Part shown: positions 9,406 to 17,850 of the stretch, piece after piece
Numbering within the stretch: position 1 is the stretch's first letter
How the letters are laid out: the number at the start of each line of letters is the position of its first letter
From: an uncultured virus (IMG/VR IMGVR_UViG_3300026125_000001)
Taxonomy: Duplodnaviria > Heunggongvirae > Uroviricota > Caudoviricetes
DNA length: 20,000 nt
Reading direction: 5' to 3' (one strand)
IMG/VR virus record: IMGVR_UViG_3300026125_000001
Made by a program: the position numbers and the translations under genes
The notes under the pieces: generated by a model
Database searches by the model: none
What the model saw: the letters and a program-made list of their open reading frames with translations, nothing else
What the model was told of the DNA's origin: nothing

Positions 9406-10050
9406 TCATTCAAAATCCCATGACGTTGTTTCTAGTTCTATATCAAAATTAAATGCCTTGGCGAAGTTCTCAATCAGGATAGGCGTTACTTGTTCAACCG
9501 TGATACCCTCAACATAGTCTGACATTCTAGCCGACTTCATACCAATATAGCCACAAGGGTGGATAACTTCAAATCCATCGTTTTCGTTTGTGACGTTGAG
9601 AGAAAACCCCCAAGAAGTCCACATATTATCAATCGAAAGACCAAGAGCGCTTATCTTCTTGTTGTCGTAGTACACGCCTGGAGCAGTTGGTTCCAAGAAA
9701 ACGTCATACATACCAAAATGGTTCAGGGTGTCAACAACGCTCTTTTCAATCAACCTCTCCATACTCATCGGGTCTATATTAGATTTGATCAAATCGCGCA
9801 TGTTCAGATTCATATAGCAAGATATCTGTCCTGGCGCAAAATGAGTTACGCATCCACGCCTGTTAGTTTTTATGATTGGCGTGCCGTCACGAGTAACTTC
9901 GCCAACTCCGTCAAGACCTTCTGTGAACGCCCTCTCGTGTTCAGTAACCCATATTTCATTTTGTTTTTTGGGGAGTTTCTTGAACTCCTCCAATTTATCA
10001 ATAGCATCTTCTATTTTAATAATACCGAGTTTTCTCACATTCAATTTCAT
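9406..10050 (-). CDS. lipB: LipB-like octanoyl(lipoyl)transferase, BPL/LplA/LipB family, divergent
   Basis: Collinear with proteobacterial LipB as recalled: VRKLG, EIWVTEH..FTEG, R.G.VT...PGQ, APGVY, KKISALGL (catalytic Lys132), G.SLNV and IHPCGYIGM (catalytic Cys166). Confidence 0.88.
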   Translation of the reverse strand: MKLNVRKLGIIKIEDAIDKLEEFKKLPKKQNEIWVTEHERAFTEGLDGVGEVTRDGTPIIKTNRRGCVTHFAPGQISCYMNLNMRDLIKSNIDPMSMERLIEKSVVDTLNHFGMYDVFLEPTAPGVYYDNKKISALGLSIDNMWTSWGFSLNVTNENDGFEVIHPCGYIGMKSARMSDYVEGITVEQVTPILIENFAKAFNFDIELETTSWDFE

Positions 10051-10053
10051 AAT

Positions 10054-11679
10054 TTACCTTCCAATCAAATTGTCAATAGATTCCTTAATATTGAAACCGC
10101 CTTTTATGTTGTATGATAATAAACCAGCCCACCTGTCAATATCACTGACAGTAGTCCCTATTCTGTTTTCAGGAGGGACTACGCCCCACATAACAAGCCT
10201 ATCCCCTTGAGCAGCCAAACCAGTCCCCAAATAAAAATTGTCTTCTTTTGCTGCCCTAGTTTCGTCTGCAATAAACCTCGTGTCGAATATCCTAGCAACC
10301 CCGCAATCTATACCATCATTAAATTGTCTCTGATGAGAGACTACGATAGGGGGCGGGTTTGGTATATTCGTGTCGTATATCTCACTTATTGAATACATAT
10401 GAAATCCATGCCCAGTAGCGTTCTTCCATGGATACGCCCCGTAATGAGCGGCTTCACTAATGTCAGCTTCGCCACGCTCGTCTGCTACGATCAGGTAATC
10501 GTCAGTAAATGCTGCCGATTGAAGCTTAAATTTGCCTGCCGTATTATAAGACAAATTCTTTATTAGTTTAAGGTCTAGTTTGAATGAAACAGTAGAATCG
10601 TTTGTGACTTGAAATACATGCACTGATCCATAGACAGTGCCCTTAGAAGAACCTTTAGTTGTATTATCAACTATGGCGATAAGATCTCCTTTAAATGCAA
10701 CGGATACACCGAAGTATCCGTTGGTCGATTGATAACTCGGGCGAGGTACCACAGTGCCCCATAAATCTATTAAAAAAGTTGATGACATAAAGTAATGTGC
10801 TGACGTTGGACAAATAAAGACACCGCCATTGTGACTCATAAAAAACCAATTGCTGGTGAATTTGACATTAACTCTATTAAAGACTGCGCCTGAACCGATA
10901 TAGGATGGGTTAAACATGTTATCAACAGTTGTAGGTGGGAAATCCCCACCAGCAACGTATGAATAACCCCAAGTTGTGTTTCTTTCATTTACACTCAACT
11001 GGACATATGACAACTTATCAGTGTTTGTAGTTTCACCCCATTTATTTTGAGTTAGCACTACCAACACATCATGCCTTTCCCCTGGCTCCAAGGTCGATAT
11101 ATTTCCGGAAGCATAGCGTAAACCGCCATCAGCAACGTCAAACGAATTGCCAAAATATAATACAGCGCTTCCGGAGGGAGCAATCGTGCCCAAAAGTTGA
11201 CCTGTGTACATATTATAGCAGTATATCCTGCCGGAACCGCCTTCTGCGCTACCGTCTCCGACATAGAGTCTACCGTTAATAGCTTTATTTGTTTGCAAAC
11301 CCCAGCGCGAACTAGCGCCAGTTGGGGCAGTTAAAACATGAAGTATATCACCGAAGTGGTAGTCTGAAATATAAATCTTGCCAGCGACGCCTACTTGATC
11401 ATTCTGGACCGTCCAACAACAAAGCATCCCATCAATTAAAACATTACAGGCATTGCCCCTTGTTGTCGCAGTCGAGGTAGGCTCGCGGTGAACTGCGATA
11501 GGCAAGGGTGAGTATCCCAAACGGCTTGTTTCATAATCGTTATACAACGGGCTTCTGTACAGATTGTGTAATGTTGGACCTGTACCATATTCGTTGAGCT
11601 TATCATCCCTTGTCACTACAGTACTGGTACCTGAGGCAGTTTCTATCTGTACATCAGTAGGATTATCAAAAAAAGCCAT
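10054..11679 (-). CDS. FG-GAP-like beta-propeller protein C (541 aa), putative virion adhesin
   Basis: GRLYVGDGSAEGGSGRIYCYNMYTG, YFGNSFDVA, YFGVSVAFKGDLIAIVD..GSVHVFQ and YLGTGLAAQGDRLVM. Confidence 0.7.
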   Translation of the reverse strand: MAFFDNPTDVQIETASGTSTVVTRDDKLNEYGTGPTLHNLYRSPLYNDYETSRLGYSPLPIAVHREPTSTATTRGNACNVLIDGMLCCWTVQNDQVGVAGKIYISDYHFGDILHVLTAPTGASSRWGLQTNKAINGRLYVGDGSAEGGSGRIYCYNMYTGQLLGTIAPSGSAVLYFGNSFDVADGGLRYASGNISTLEPGERHDVLVVLTQNKWGETTNTDKLSYVQLSVNERNTTWGYSYVAGGDFPPTTVDNMFNPSYIGSGAVFNRVNVKFTSNWFFMSHNGGVFICPTSAHYFMSSTFLIDLWGTVVPRPSYQSTNGYFGVSVAFKGDLIAIVDNTTKGSSKGTVYGSVHVFQVTNDSTVSFKLDLKLIKNLSYNTAGKFKLQSAAFTDDYLIVADERGEADISEAAHYGAYPWKNATGHGFHMYSISEIYDTNIPNPPPIVVSHQRQFNDGIDCGVARIFDTRFIADETRAAKEDNFYLGTGLAAQGDRLVMWGVVPPENRIGTTVSDIDRWAGLLSYNIKGGFNIKESIDNLIGR

Positions 11680-11697
11680 TATTTTTAACCTCTATAA

Positions 11698-13014
11698 TTA
11701 TATTCCTGGACCCCTGGACCCTGCTTGGCCAGGATGATTGAGACATCTCAATAAATCGCGTTTAGTTATCGTTCTTGTTGCTCTAACATAGACAACCCTT
11801 CCTGAAGTATCTAGACCATTAGTAGTCCTGTAACCGACCATAGCAACAAAATTTTCAGAAGCAACTACTCCGAATCTTCCAATGCCATCGTTTGTAGATG
11901 GTGTTTCAGCTTTGAACGAAGCGGAATATGTCATCCCCTCTGCAGCCCCAGTAGAGTTCATAGTTAAGTTATATTTCTCGACGACATATCCTGTGGTAGC
12001 GTCGGTGCTCCTACAGACATAATATTTAACACCATCATCCCCACCGCTTGTTAAAGCCCCAATATCAGCATAAGGCGTAGATATAGCTGCGTTGTATATT
12101 GTTGATAAAGGAGAAGTCGGGCGCTGTATATTTCCTAAAGTTACTAAACCTGCCGATATGCTGTTATACACATGGTAAACTAAAGCTAGTGAGCTGGCGT
12201 CTGAAGGGTTTGGACGAATACCAAATGCGTTCCCCATTGCGCCGAGCCTGTTTTGGTTGGTTGGACCCATAAAGGCTATCCCACTCTCGTTAGTTACGTC
12301 CACCTCAAAAACAGAGGCAGGGCTCTGTGTTGAACTCATGTTCGTCACACCCCAGTAATAGTTAGGATTACTTGTGAACCATGTTATAAAAGCAGTGCCG
12401 TCAGAAAAGAACTTATGCGCAGAGGTGCCCCAAGCAGCGCCAGCATTCGCAGGAGCCAGCGCTCTGGTATAATGGACGTTTTGTGTGGCAGGAAGTTTGT
12501 CCGAATAAAACCTAAGTTCATTTTCAGTTTCATATGGCATTATAATAACATTGCCCCAAGAGGTTTGAGATCTTTGGTTTGCGCACCAAACTCCATCGTC
12601 AGCAAAGGCGGTATCACCATAAAAGTCCATCTGCCAAATCAACACTCCAGTCTCTATATCGTAAGTATGAACCATACGCGAGTCTGAGTCTGCAGTAAAC
12701 GTTATGGTCTTCTCATGCAAAGCAAAGGGACCATTGTACATTTGAAATTCATTTACTTTGTGCCCGTTGTGAGTTCTGAATACATGGATAACGCCATTGG
12801 CGAGTACTGCTAAATACGCATCATTCATTTGAATCTCATTAGGAGAGATATCGTCATCCAATATATATAACAAATCATCTTCATTAGCCCAAACTTCGTC
12901 CAGGTGTGTATCAAGAGCCACGTCAAAATCTGTTAGAATTTTGAGGGTCTTTCGAACATTAGCCCCTCCCTCTAGATTGCTCGAACCTGTTACTGATGGT
13001 ACCAAATTCGCCAC
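11698..13014 (-). CDS. Beta-propeller-like protein B (438 aa), putative virion adhesin
   Basis: GTG start overlapping the upstream TAG. Beta-rich blades NDAYLAVLANGVIHVF, VHTYDIETGVLIW and GRFGVVASENFVAMVG. Confidence 0.6.
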   Translation of the reverse strand: MANLVPSVTGSSNLEGGANVRKTLKILTDFDVALDTHLDEVWANEDDLLYILDDDISPNEIQMNDAYLAVLANGVIHVFRTHNGHKVNEFQMYNGPFALHEKTITFTADSDSRMVHTYDIETGVLIWQMDFYGDTAFADDGVWCANQRSQTSWGNVIIMPYETENELRFYSDKLPATQNVHYTRALAPANAGAAWGTSAHKFFSDGTAFITWFTSNPNYYWGVTNMSSTQSPASVFEVDVTNESGIAFMGPTNQNRLGAMGNAFGIRPNPSDASSLALVYHVYNSISAGLVTLGNIQRPTSPLSTIYNAAISTPYADIGALTSGGDDGVKYYVCRSTDATTGYVVEKYNLTMNSTGAAEGMTYSASFKAETPSTNDGIGRFGVVASENFVAMVGYRTTNGLDTSGRVVYVRATRTITKRDLLRCLNHPGQAGSRGPGI

Positions 13015-14333
13015 TATACTTCCTCCAACCTTTCCATAAATATTGAATATGCGTCATCGTTCATAAATCGATTTATCGAATAAAAATTCGCAGCCGACCA
13101 AAACAAATCGGATCCGTACGAATCCAGCTTATTATATCCATAAGCAGTCCCAGTAGTTAATCTTCTATAATCTTGGTAGGTGTTTGAATTCCAATTGAAA
13201 CCGTATATAGCGCCAGGGATCCTAGTTGCTTTAGATGTTACATAATCGGCAGCAGGAGCCCCTATCCAAACGTCCTTACCATTGGTGGCCACAGAACCGC
13301 CAAAAGCATCGACAGTGTTGCTACCGTCTACGTTTGGATTTGCGTAAGTGGTTGAGGTTCCATTAGATAGGTCAATGAATACAGCTTTATCTGCCTGAAA
13401 ATATCCGACAATGAGCTTTTCATTACAAATATCCATACAAGAACCAAAATGGGTGGTTGGAGTAACACCCGCAATCGCTTGATCAGTATAAGAAGCAATC
13501 GTTGCGTTCAATTGCCTAACTCGTTTTTTTGTTTTTCCGGTTGAAGCAGTCATAACATAATCGTAATGCGCAATGTTTACAGCCGCAATTGTATCTGAGA
13601 CCCTTGAAGCAACAACATACTGACTGCTCATAACAAGATTTCCTGCGTAATGAGCAGTCGTTGCCGACATCTCCAACGCCCCGAGCGAATCGCCTGTGAA
13701 CAGGTTGACCATCTCAACCATCATTTTATTGCTATAGCTTGGATGCTGCGGGCAGAGGATAGCAAGATTAGCGCCATGAATAGCTATGGCTTGACAATCC
13801 CCGTTGTAGGGGTTTGGAATAGTAATTGTCCACTCATCGCCACTGAGTATATCAGTAACCAGAACTGAACCGCTAGAAGAACCTAACACGCCCACCTTTA
13901 AAACGGCAACATATCGATCATAAGCATCGAACACATATTGTATAGGGGCATAGTTGCTGGCTGTTGATGTGCCAGGAGCATATGATATATGTGCTCTGAC
14001 GTCTTTCACGAACACTATTTGTCCAGTGCTCTTGGAAAACACGACTATTTTTTCAGTTGCAGTCTGTATACCGCCTAAACAAAAGATGTAGTCCTTTGTT
14101 ACCCTGAACTCGCGATTGGCGTAACTAGTAATGGCTGATGACGCATAATAACAAGTCTGTGGCATGGTATTAGTGGTCAACAAGGCAGCTTTTTTGTTAA
14201 ATTTACCATCAGGAACCAATGTTGTGCCATTATTTACCATGATCGCATTGCGAGGGGTAATGGGTTCATTCGGTCCGTTTAGACCTGGTCGCCTTGATTG
14301 AAAATAGCTCCCGATTCCGAGTTTTCCGCTCAT
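13014..14333 (-). CDS. FG-GAP-like beta-propeller protein A (439 aa), putative virion adhesin
   Basis: HFGSCMDICNEKLIVG and DAFGGSVATNGKDVWIGAPAAD..PGAIYGF, a near-canonical FG-GAP blade. Confidence 0.72.
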   Translation of the reverse strand: MSGKLGIGSYFQSRRPGLNGPNEPITPRNAIMVNNGTTLVPDGKFNKKAALLTTNTMPQTCYYASSAITSYANREFRVTKDYIFCLGGIQTATEKIVVFSKSTGQIVFVKDVRAHISYAPGTSTASNYAPIQYVFDAYDRYVAVLKVGVLGSSSGSVLVTDILSGDEWTITIPNPYNGDCQAIAIHGANLAILCPQHPSYSNKMMVEMVNLFTGDSLGALEMSATTAHYAGNLVMSSQYVVASRVSDTIAAVNIAHYDYVMTASTGKTKKRVRQLNATIASYTDQAIAGVTPTTHFGSCMDICNEKLIVGYFQADKAVFIDLSNGTSTTYANPNVDGSNTVDAFGGSVATNGKDVWIGAPAADYVTSKATRIPGAIYGFNWNSNTYQDYRRLTTGTAYGYNKLDSYGSDLFWSAANFYSINRFMNDDAYSIFMERLEEV

Positions 14334-14551
14334 TACCGCATAACCTTCATGTCATTTGTGTATTTTTCTATGTCTGCTTTATATTGGTCAAGGTCAAAAT
14401 CGTCACCTTCTTCCCAACGGTTGTAACGATCCCAAGCGAACATATCTGGACCAACGAAGTAATCTTCTGGTTTTAGTGGACCATTGTAATTAATAGTAAA
14501 CTTTTTAATGACTTTATTTTTCTTAATTGCCAGTATACTTTTTTCAAACAT
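14333..14551 (-). CDS. Small hypothetical protein (72 aa), possible fibre adaptor or chaperone
   Basis: SD-like GGTGAG upstream, 8 nt after the fibre stop, TAATG-coupled to propeller A. Function inferred from position only. Confidence 0.65.
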   Translation of the reverse strand: MFEKSILAIKKNKVIKKFTINYNGPLKPEDYFVGPDMFAWDRYNRWEEGDDFDLDQYKADIEKYTNDMKVMR

Positions 14552-14559
14552 ATTCTCAC

Positions 14560-16467
14560 CTATGATTTTTCAATAATATTTTTCAATTCATCTATCTGTT
14601 GTTGCTGTTCTTTAATCGCTTCTATCAATAAACCGACCATATTTGAGTAAGCAACAGCATAGAAACCTTCGTCATTTTCTGTCACCGCTTCAGGCAATAC
14701 TTCAAGCACTTCTTGAGCAATGACACCAGTAGAACGGACGCCACCCATGTTATCCTTGACATAAGTATAACCACCAATTTTCTTAACCTTATCTAGAGCA
14801 TTTGTTATTGGCTCTATTTCGGATTTCTGACGGATATCTGAGTTTTCGATTAAAGTGGCATTGTTAATTGTAACGTTTGTGTTGTTGACCTCAAGACGCT
14901 CAGATCCGCCAGTAACAACACGCCACTGATCAGCTGCATGGAATTGCAAGTATGTGTTAGTGTCTCCAGTAGAAATGATCTGGTCGTCTACATACAGATC
15001 AGTAACGCCATTAATATCACCTGATACGGTTAATCCACCACGTATATTACTGGCTGCGCCTGCATCAAAAGCGCCTGAGTTCTGAACAGTGAACTGACCC
15101 GCAGCACCACCAGCGGTGCCTGTATTACCAGAAGTAGTATTATTAATAAAGCGAGCTATATCACCAGTTGACCTTTGGTTAATATATAACACAGCATTAG
15201 TACTGCTCCGGTTTACAAATAGATAATCATCACCTTGTACTGTTGTGTTGTTCAGTACAGCATAGTCACCTGCTGCTTGAGCACCTATTTCAGCTAGAGT
15301 CCAAGATACGTCCTCAGTACCGTTAACAGATTTACCAGTAGATCCTATAGTGAGGGTTCTGCTAGTAGTCCACGAAGCAGCGGAAGCAGCGGCACCTGAA
15401 CAAGATGAGGAAACGTTCACCTTCTTGAATTGAATATCGGGCTGTTTTAGGTAGATAGAACCTGTAAAACCAGTCCAGTTGAGTACAACTACACTCATAA
15501 AACCATCAGCGGGTGCAGTGTATGACCGACTGAAGTTAGTCCATGATGTGCCTATGGTACTGTTTTCATACCAACCTGAGTCGCCAGAACTGCTTTCTTG
15601 GACAAATGAATAAGTTGCGCTACCTGATACGTGAGTTTTACCATTCGGAAGGCTTGAGCCATTCCAGAAATATATCCTAAAATACACACCACTGGTTGCT
15701 GCTGCTGAACCTTTCGCTTGTATGTTGATATCTACCTGATCACCAGACTTCATACGTATTGCTTTGAAAATAGCACCACCTGAATTATCAGCTGCGTTCT
15801 TTAATTCTACAGCATCTTGGGTGGCATTCCAGACCACATTAGTTTCGGTAGCATCGCTGTATCCTGGAACCCATCCTAATGCTCGAGCGATAGATTCGTT
15901 TGATTCTGCTTCAGTATAGTATCGCCCGTCATGAGTATGGCTATCATTACCAACAGCAGTGGTAATGCTGATTGAACCATTAGACGCTACCGTAGTTGAA
16001 CCTGTTACATCACCCGTTAATGCTACAGAATCCCCAGACTGGGTGGCTGCAGTATTCAACGCAGCAATATCAACACCATCAACAGTACCAGTTACAGCAA
16101 TGTTACCAGCCACTTGTACAGTACCAGTTACACCAATGTTACCAGCCACTTGTAGCTTATCTGTTCCGTTATCAATAGCTGTGCCAACAAGAACATTACC
16201 ACTAAATTCAGCAAGTCTAATAATACCAGTATCATCTACTTCTATCGAAGGAATACCCGACACATCATTAACAGAGAAGATCGTTCCGGATAAATCGTCG
16301 GATATTGAGAACAACTGACCAGCAGAACCGCTGAACGAAAGTGTTCCATCGTCAAGGACAGTCATCGTAACGGGGTTATTGTCTCCACCAGTGAATACAA
16401 TATTCGGATCGGCTGTAGTTGATCCTCTATTCGGTGTAATTAAAATATTCTTATCTGCGTCTGCCAT
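14560..16467 (-). CDS. Tail fibre protein with C-terminal peptidase S74 intramolecular chaperone
   Basis: Gly/Thr/Ser-rich shaft and fibre motifs NDSHTHDGRYYTE and VSWTLAEIGA. C-terminal SDIRQK...GVIAQEVLEVLPEAV...VAYSNMVGLLIEAIKEQ plus coiled coil is the S74 signature. Confidence 0.9.
   Translation of the reverse strand: MADADKNILITPNRGSTTADPNIVFTGGDNNPVTMTVLDDGTLSFSGSAGQLFSISDDLSGTIFSVNDVSGIPSIEVDDTGIIRLAEFSGNVLVGTAIDNGTDKLQVAGNIGVTGTVQVAGNIAVTGTVDGVDIAALNTAATQSGDSVALTGDVTGSTTVASNGSISITTAVGNDSHTHDGRYYTEAESNESIARALGWVPGYSDATETNVVWNATQDAVELKNAADNSGGAIFKAIRMKSGDQVDINIQAKGSAAATSGVYFRIYFWNGSSLPNGKTHVSGSATYSFVQESSSGDSGWYENSTIGTSWTNFSRSYTAPADGFMSVVVLNWTGFTGSIYLKQPDIQFKKVNVSSSCSGAAASAASWTTSRTLTIGSTGKSVNGTEDVSWTLAEIGAQAAGDYAVLNNTTVQGDDYLFVNRSSTNAVLYINQRSTGDIARFINNTTSGNTGTAGGAAGQFTVQNSGAFDAGAASNIRGGLTVSGDINGVTDLYVDDQIISTGDTNTYLQFHAADQWRVVTGGSERLEVNNTNVTINNATLIENSDIRQKSEIEPITNALDKVKKIGGYTYVKDNMGGVRSTGVIAQEVLEVLPEAVTENDEGFYAVAYSNMVGLLIEAIKEQQQQIDELKNIIEKS
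16082..16153. repeat. 36-bp in-frame tandem duplication in the tail fibre gene
   Basis: acagtaccagttaca(g/c)caatgttaccagccacttgt twice, 35/36 identical; encodes QVAGNI(G/A)VTGTV twice. Confidence 0.95.
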
Positions 16468-16495
16468 TTCTATATCCGAATTGGTTATTATTTAA

Positions 16496-16669
16496 CTATT
16501 TATATCTTCGCTTGTGAGCAATATACAGCTTCTTAACTTCGATATCAGATAGAGCTTCTTTATAAATGTGGTATGGATCAATCTCTCCGTTTGAAGAAGT
16601 CTTGGATTCGGGGTCTAAAATAAAGGTAGACTTCCTATTCGGAAGTTTTGATCCAGAATGTGCTGCCAT
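16496..16669 (-). CDS. 57-aa miniature LamG-paralog (N- and C-terminal modules only)
   Basis: Below the ORF-track cutoff. MAAHSGSKLPNRKSTFILDPESKTSSNGEIDPYHIYKEALSDIEVKKLYIAHKRRYK. TAATG overlap with the upstream gene; both ends resemble those of the neighbouring LamG-like proteins. Confidence 0.7.
   Translation of the reverse strand: MAAHSGSKLPNRKSTFILDPESKTSSNGEIDPYHIYKEALSDIEVKKLYIAHKRRYK
16497..16504 (-). promoter_or_regulatory. T4-type late promoter TATAAATA upstream of the tail fibre gene
   Basis: Exact consensus 29 nt before the fibre ATG; coincides with the last codons (TAT AAA TAG) of the 57-aa ORF. Confidence 0.85.
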
Positions 16670-17850
16670 TAGATACCAAACCTCGCTCTAAGCGCGTTAA
16701 AGTTTTGTTTTATTTCGTTGTTTGTTAACGCTCTGTCATAAACCGTTACATTACCAAGGTCAACGTAAGTCATACCAGAATCCCAAGGACCTCTACTATT
16801 AATAACAAAGTTGTTAGTTGTATCTATAGGCATTGTTACATAATCAACTTTTGTAGAATAATCTGTATGTTTTAGCCATTGTTTTTGTTCGCCGTCAATC
16901 CAAACTCTCACATTACGAGAAGAGTCCATAGTTATAACAGCGTTATGCCAATTACCGTCAGAACTCCATTTGTTATTAGCAGCCTCTACTGACATATCGT
17001 ATGCGCTACCATAACCCCAGTAACCTAAATCTTGGCAGTTTCCTACCCCGTACATAAACCCAAACATAGAGCCTTGCGTAGTCCCCGAGTTAAGAAACCC
17101 TATTTCCCAGTTGTCGGTACCAGATAAAGGTCTATCTGAACGTATCCAAATGGATAAGGTTTTTTCTCTTGGTATATTAAACGAGGGTATAGATATATTA
17201 GCGCTTTGCGACTTAAAGTTAAACGTGTTATCCGTATTATAATTTAAAGAGTTTACTGTTAATGTACGTTTACCAGCCCAATCAATAATAGCTGTTGTAT
17301 TAGTTCTATCATTGCTAGTTTTAGATTCCACATAAGGAGAAGCATATGCGCTCTGTTCAAGTTGCAGATCCCATATCTCAACTACCGTATCAGTAGATTG
17401 AACAAAATCCATAAACCTATACGTACTGTCATATGTTGCACGAGTACCAGTGGCCGTTTGATAGAATACACCATTGCCAAGATCGGTAGTTGTTCGGGTC
17501 ACTGATGTATCACACCAGTCACCAGCATAAAAAGTTGGCCCACCTGATATTATTGTGTACTTAAAAGATAGAGTATATGTTTGACCATTAATAAGGTTAG
17601 CAGGGTTAAAATACATTCTCCAAGAACTACCAGTTAACGATGTGGTAGTTAGAATATACCTTTCGTTAGACACAATAGTAGTTCTTGATATAGGTATATT
17701 TAACTGACCAACTGACCAGTCTATATTGCCGCTCGTATTTTTAGCTAGATTTGTAGTAGGTTTACCTTTCCACGACTTCTTATCATTGCCCATATCATAA
17801 GCAAATACTAATCCATCATTAATGATTTCTGGTCCAGATGATGCAGACAT
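16669..17850 (-). CDS. LamG / concanavalin A-like lectin protein with inserted CBM-like domain (393 aa)
   Basis: Start reassigned to the ATG at 17850 (MSASSGPEIINDGLVFAYDMG, TAATG overlap). LamG motifs TLSIWIR, DGNWHNAVIT, VRVWIDG and VYDRALTNNEIKQNF; insert ends in WDLQLEQSAYASPY. Confidence 0.85.
   Translation of the reverse strand: MSASSGPEIINDGLVFAYDMGNDKKSWKGKPTTNLAKNTSGNIDWSVGQLNIPISRTTIVSNERYILTTTSLTGSSWRMYFNPANLINGQTYTLSFKYTIISGGPTFYAGDWCDTSVTRTTTDLGNGVFYQTATGTRATYDSTYRFMDFVQSTDTVVEIWDLQLEQSAYASPYVESKTSNDRTNTTAIIDWAGKRTLTVNSLNYNTDNTFNFKSQSANISIPSFNIPREKTLSIWIRSDRPLSGTDNWEIGFLNSGTTQGSMFGFMYGVGNCQDLGYWGYGSAYDMSVEAANNKWSSDGNWHNAVITMDSSRNVRVWIDGEQKQWLKHTDYSTKVDYVTMPIDTTNNFVINSRGPWDSGMTYVDLGNVTVYDRALTNNEIKQNFNALRARFGI
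17789..17817. repeat. 29-bp perfect direct repeat, copy 1
   Basis: cccatatcataagcaaatactaatccatc, identical to 18928-18956; encodes DGLVFAYDMG. Confidence 0.95.

Noticed and set aside
9559..10210. Plus-strand ORFs of 185 and 112 aa opposite lipB
   Set aside because: Antisense shadows of a well-supported gene, with no recognisable motifs.
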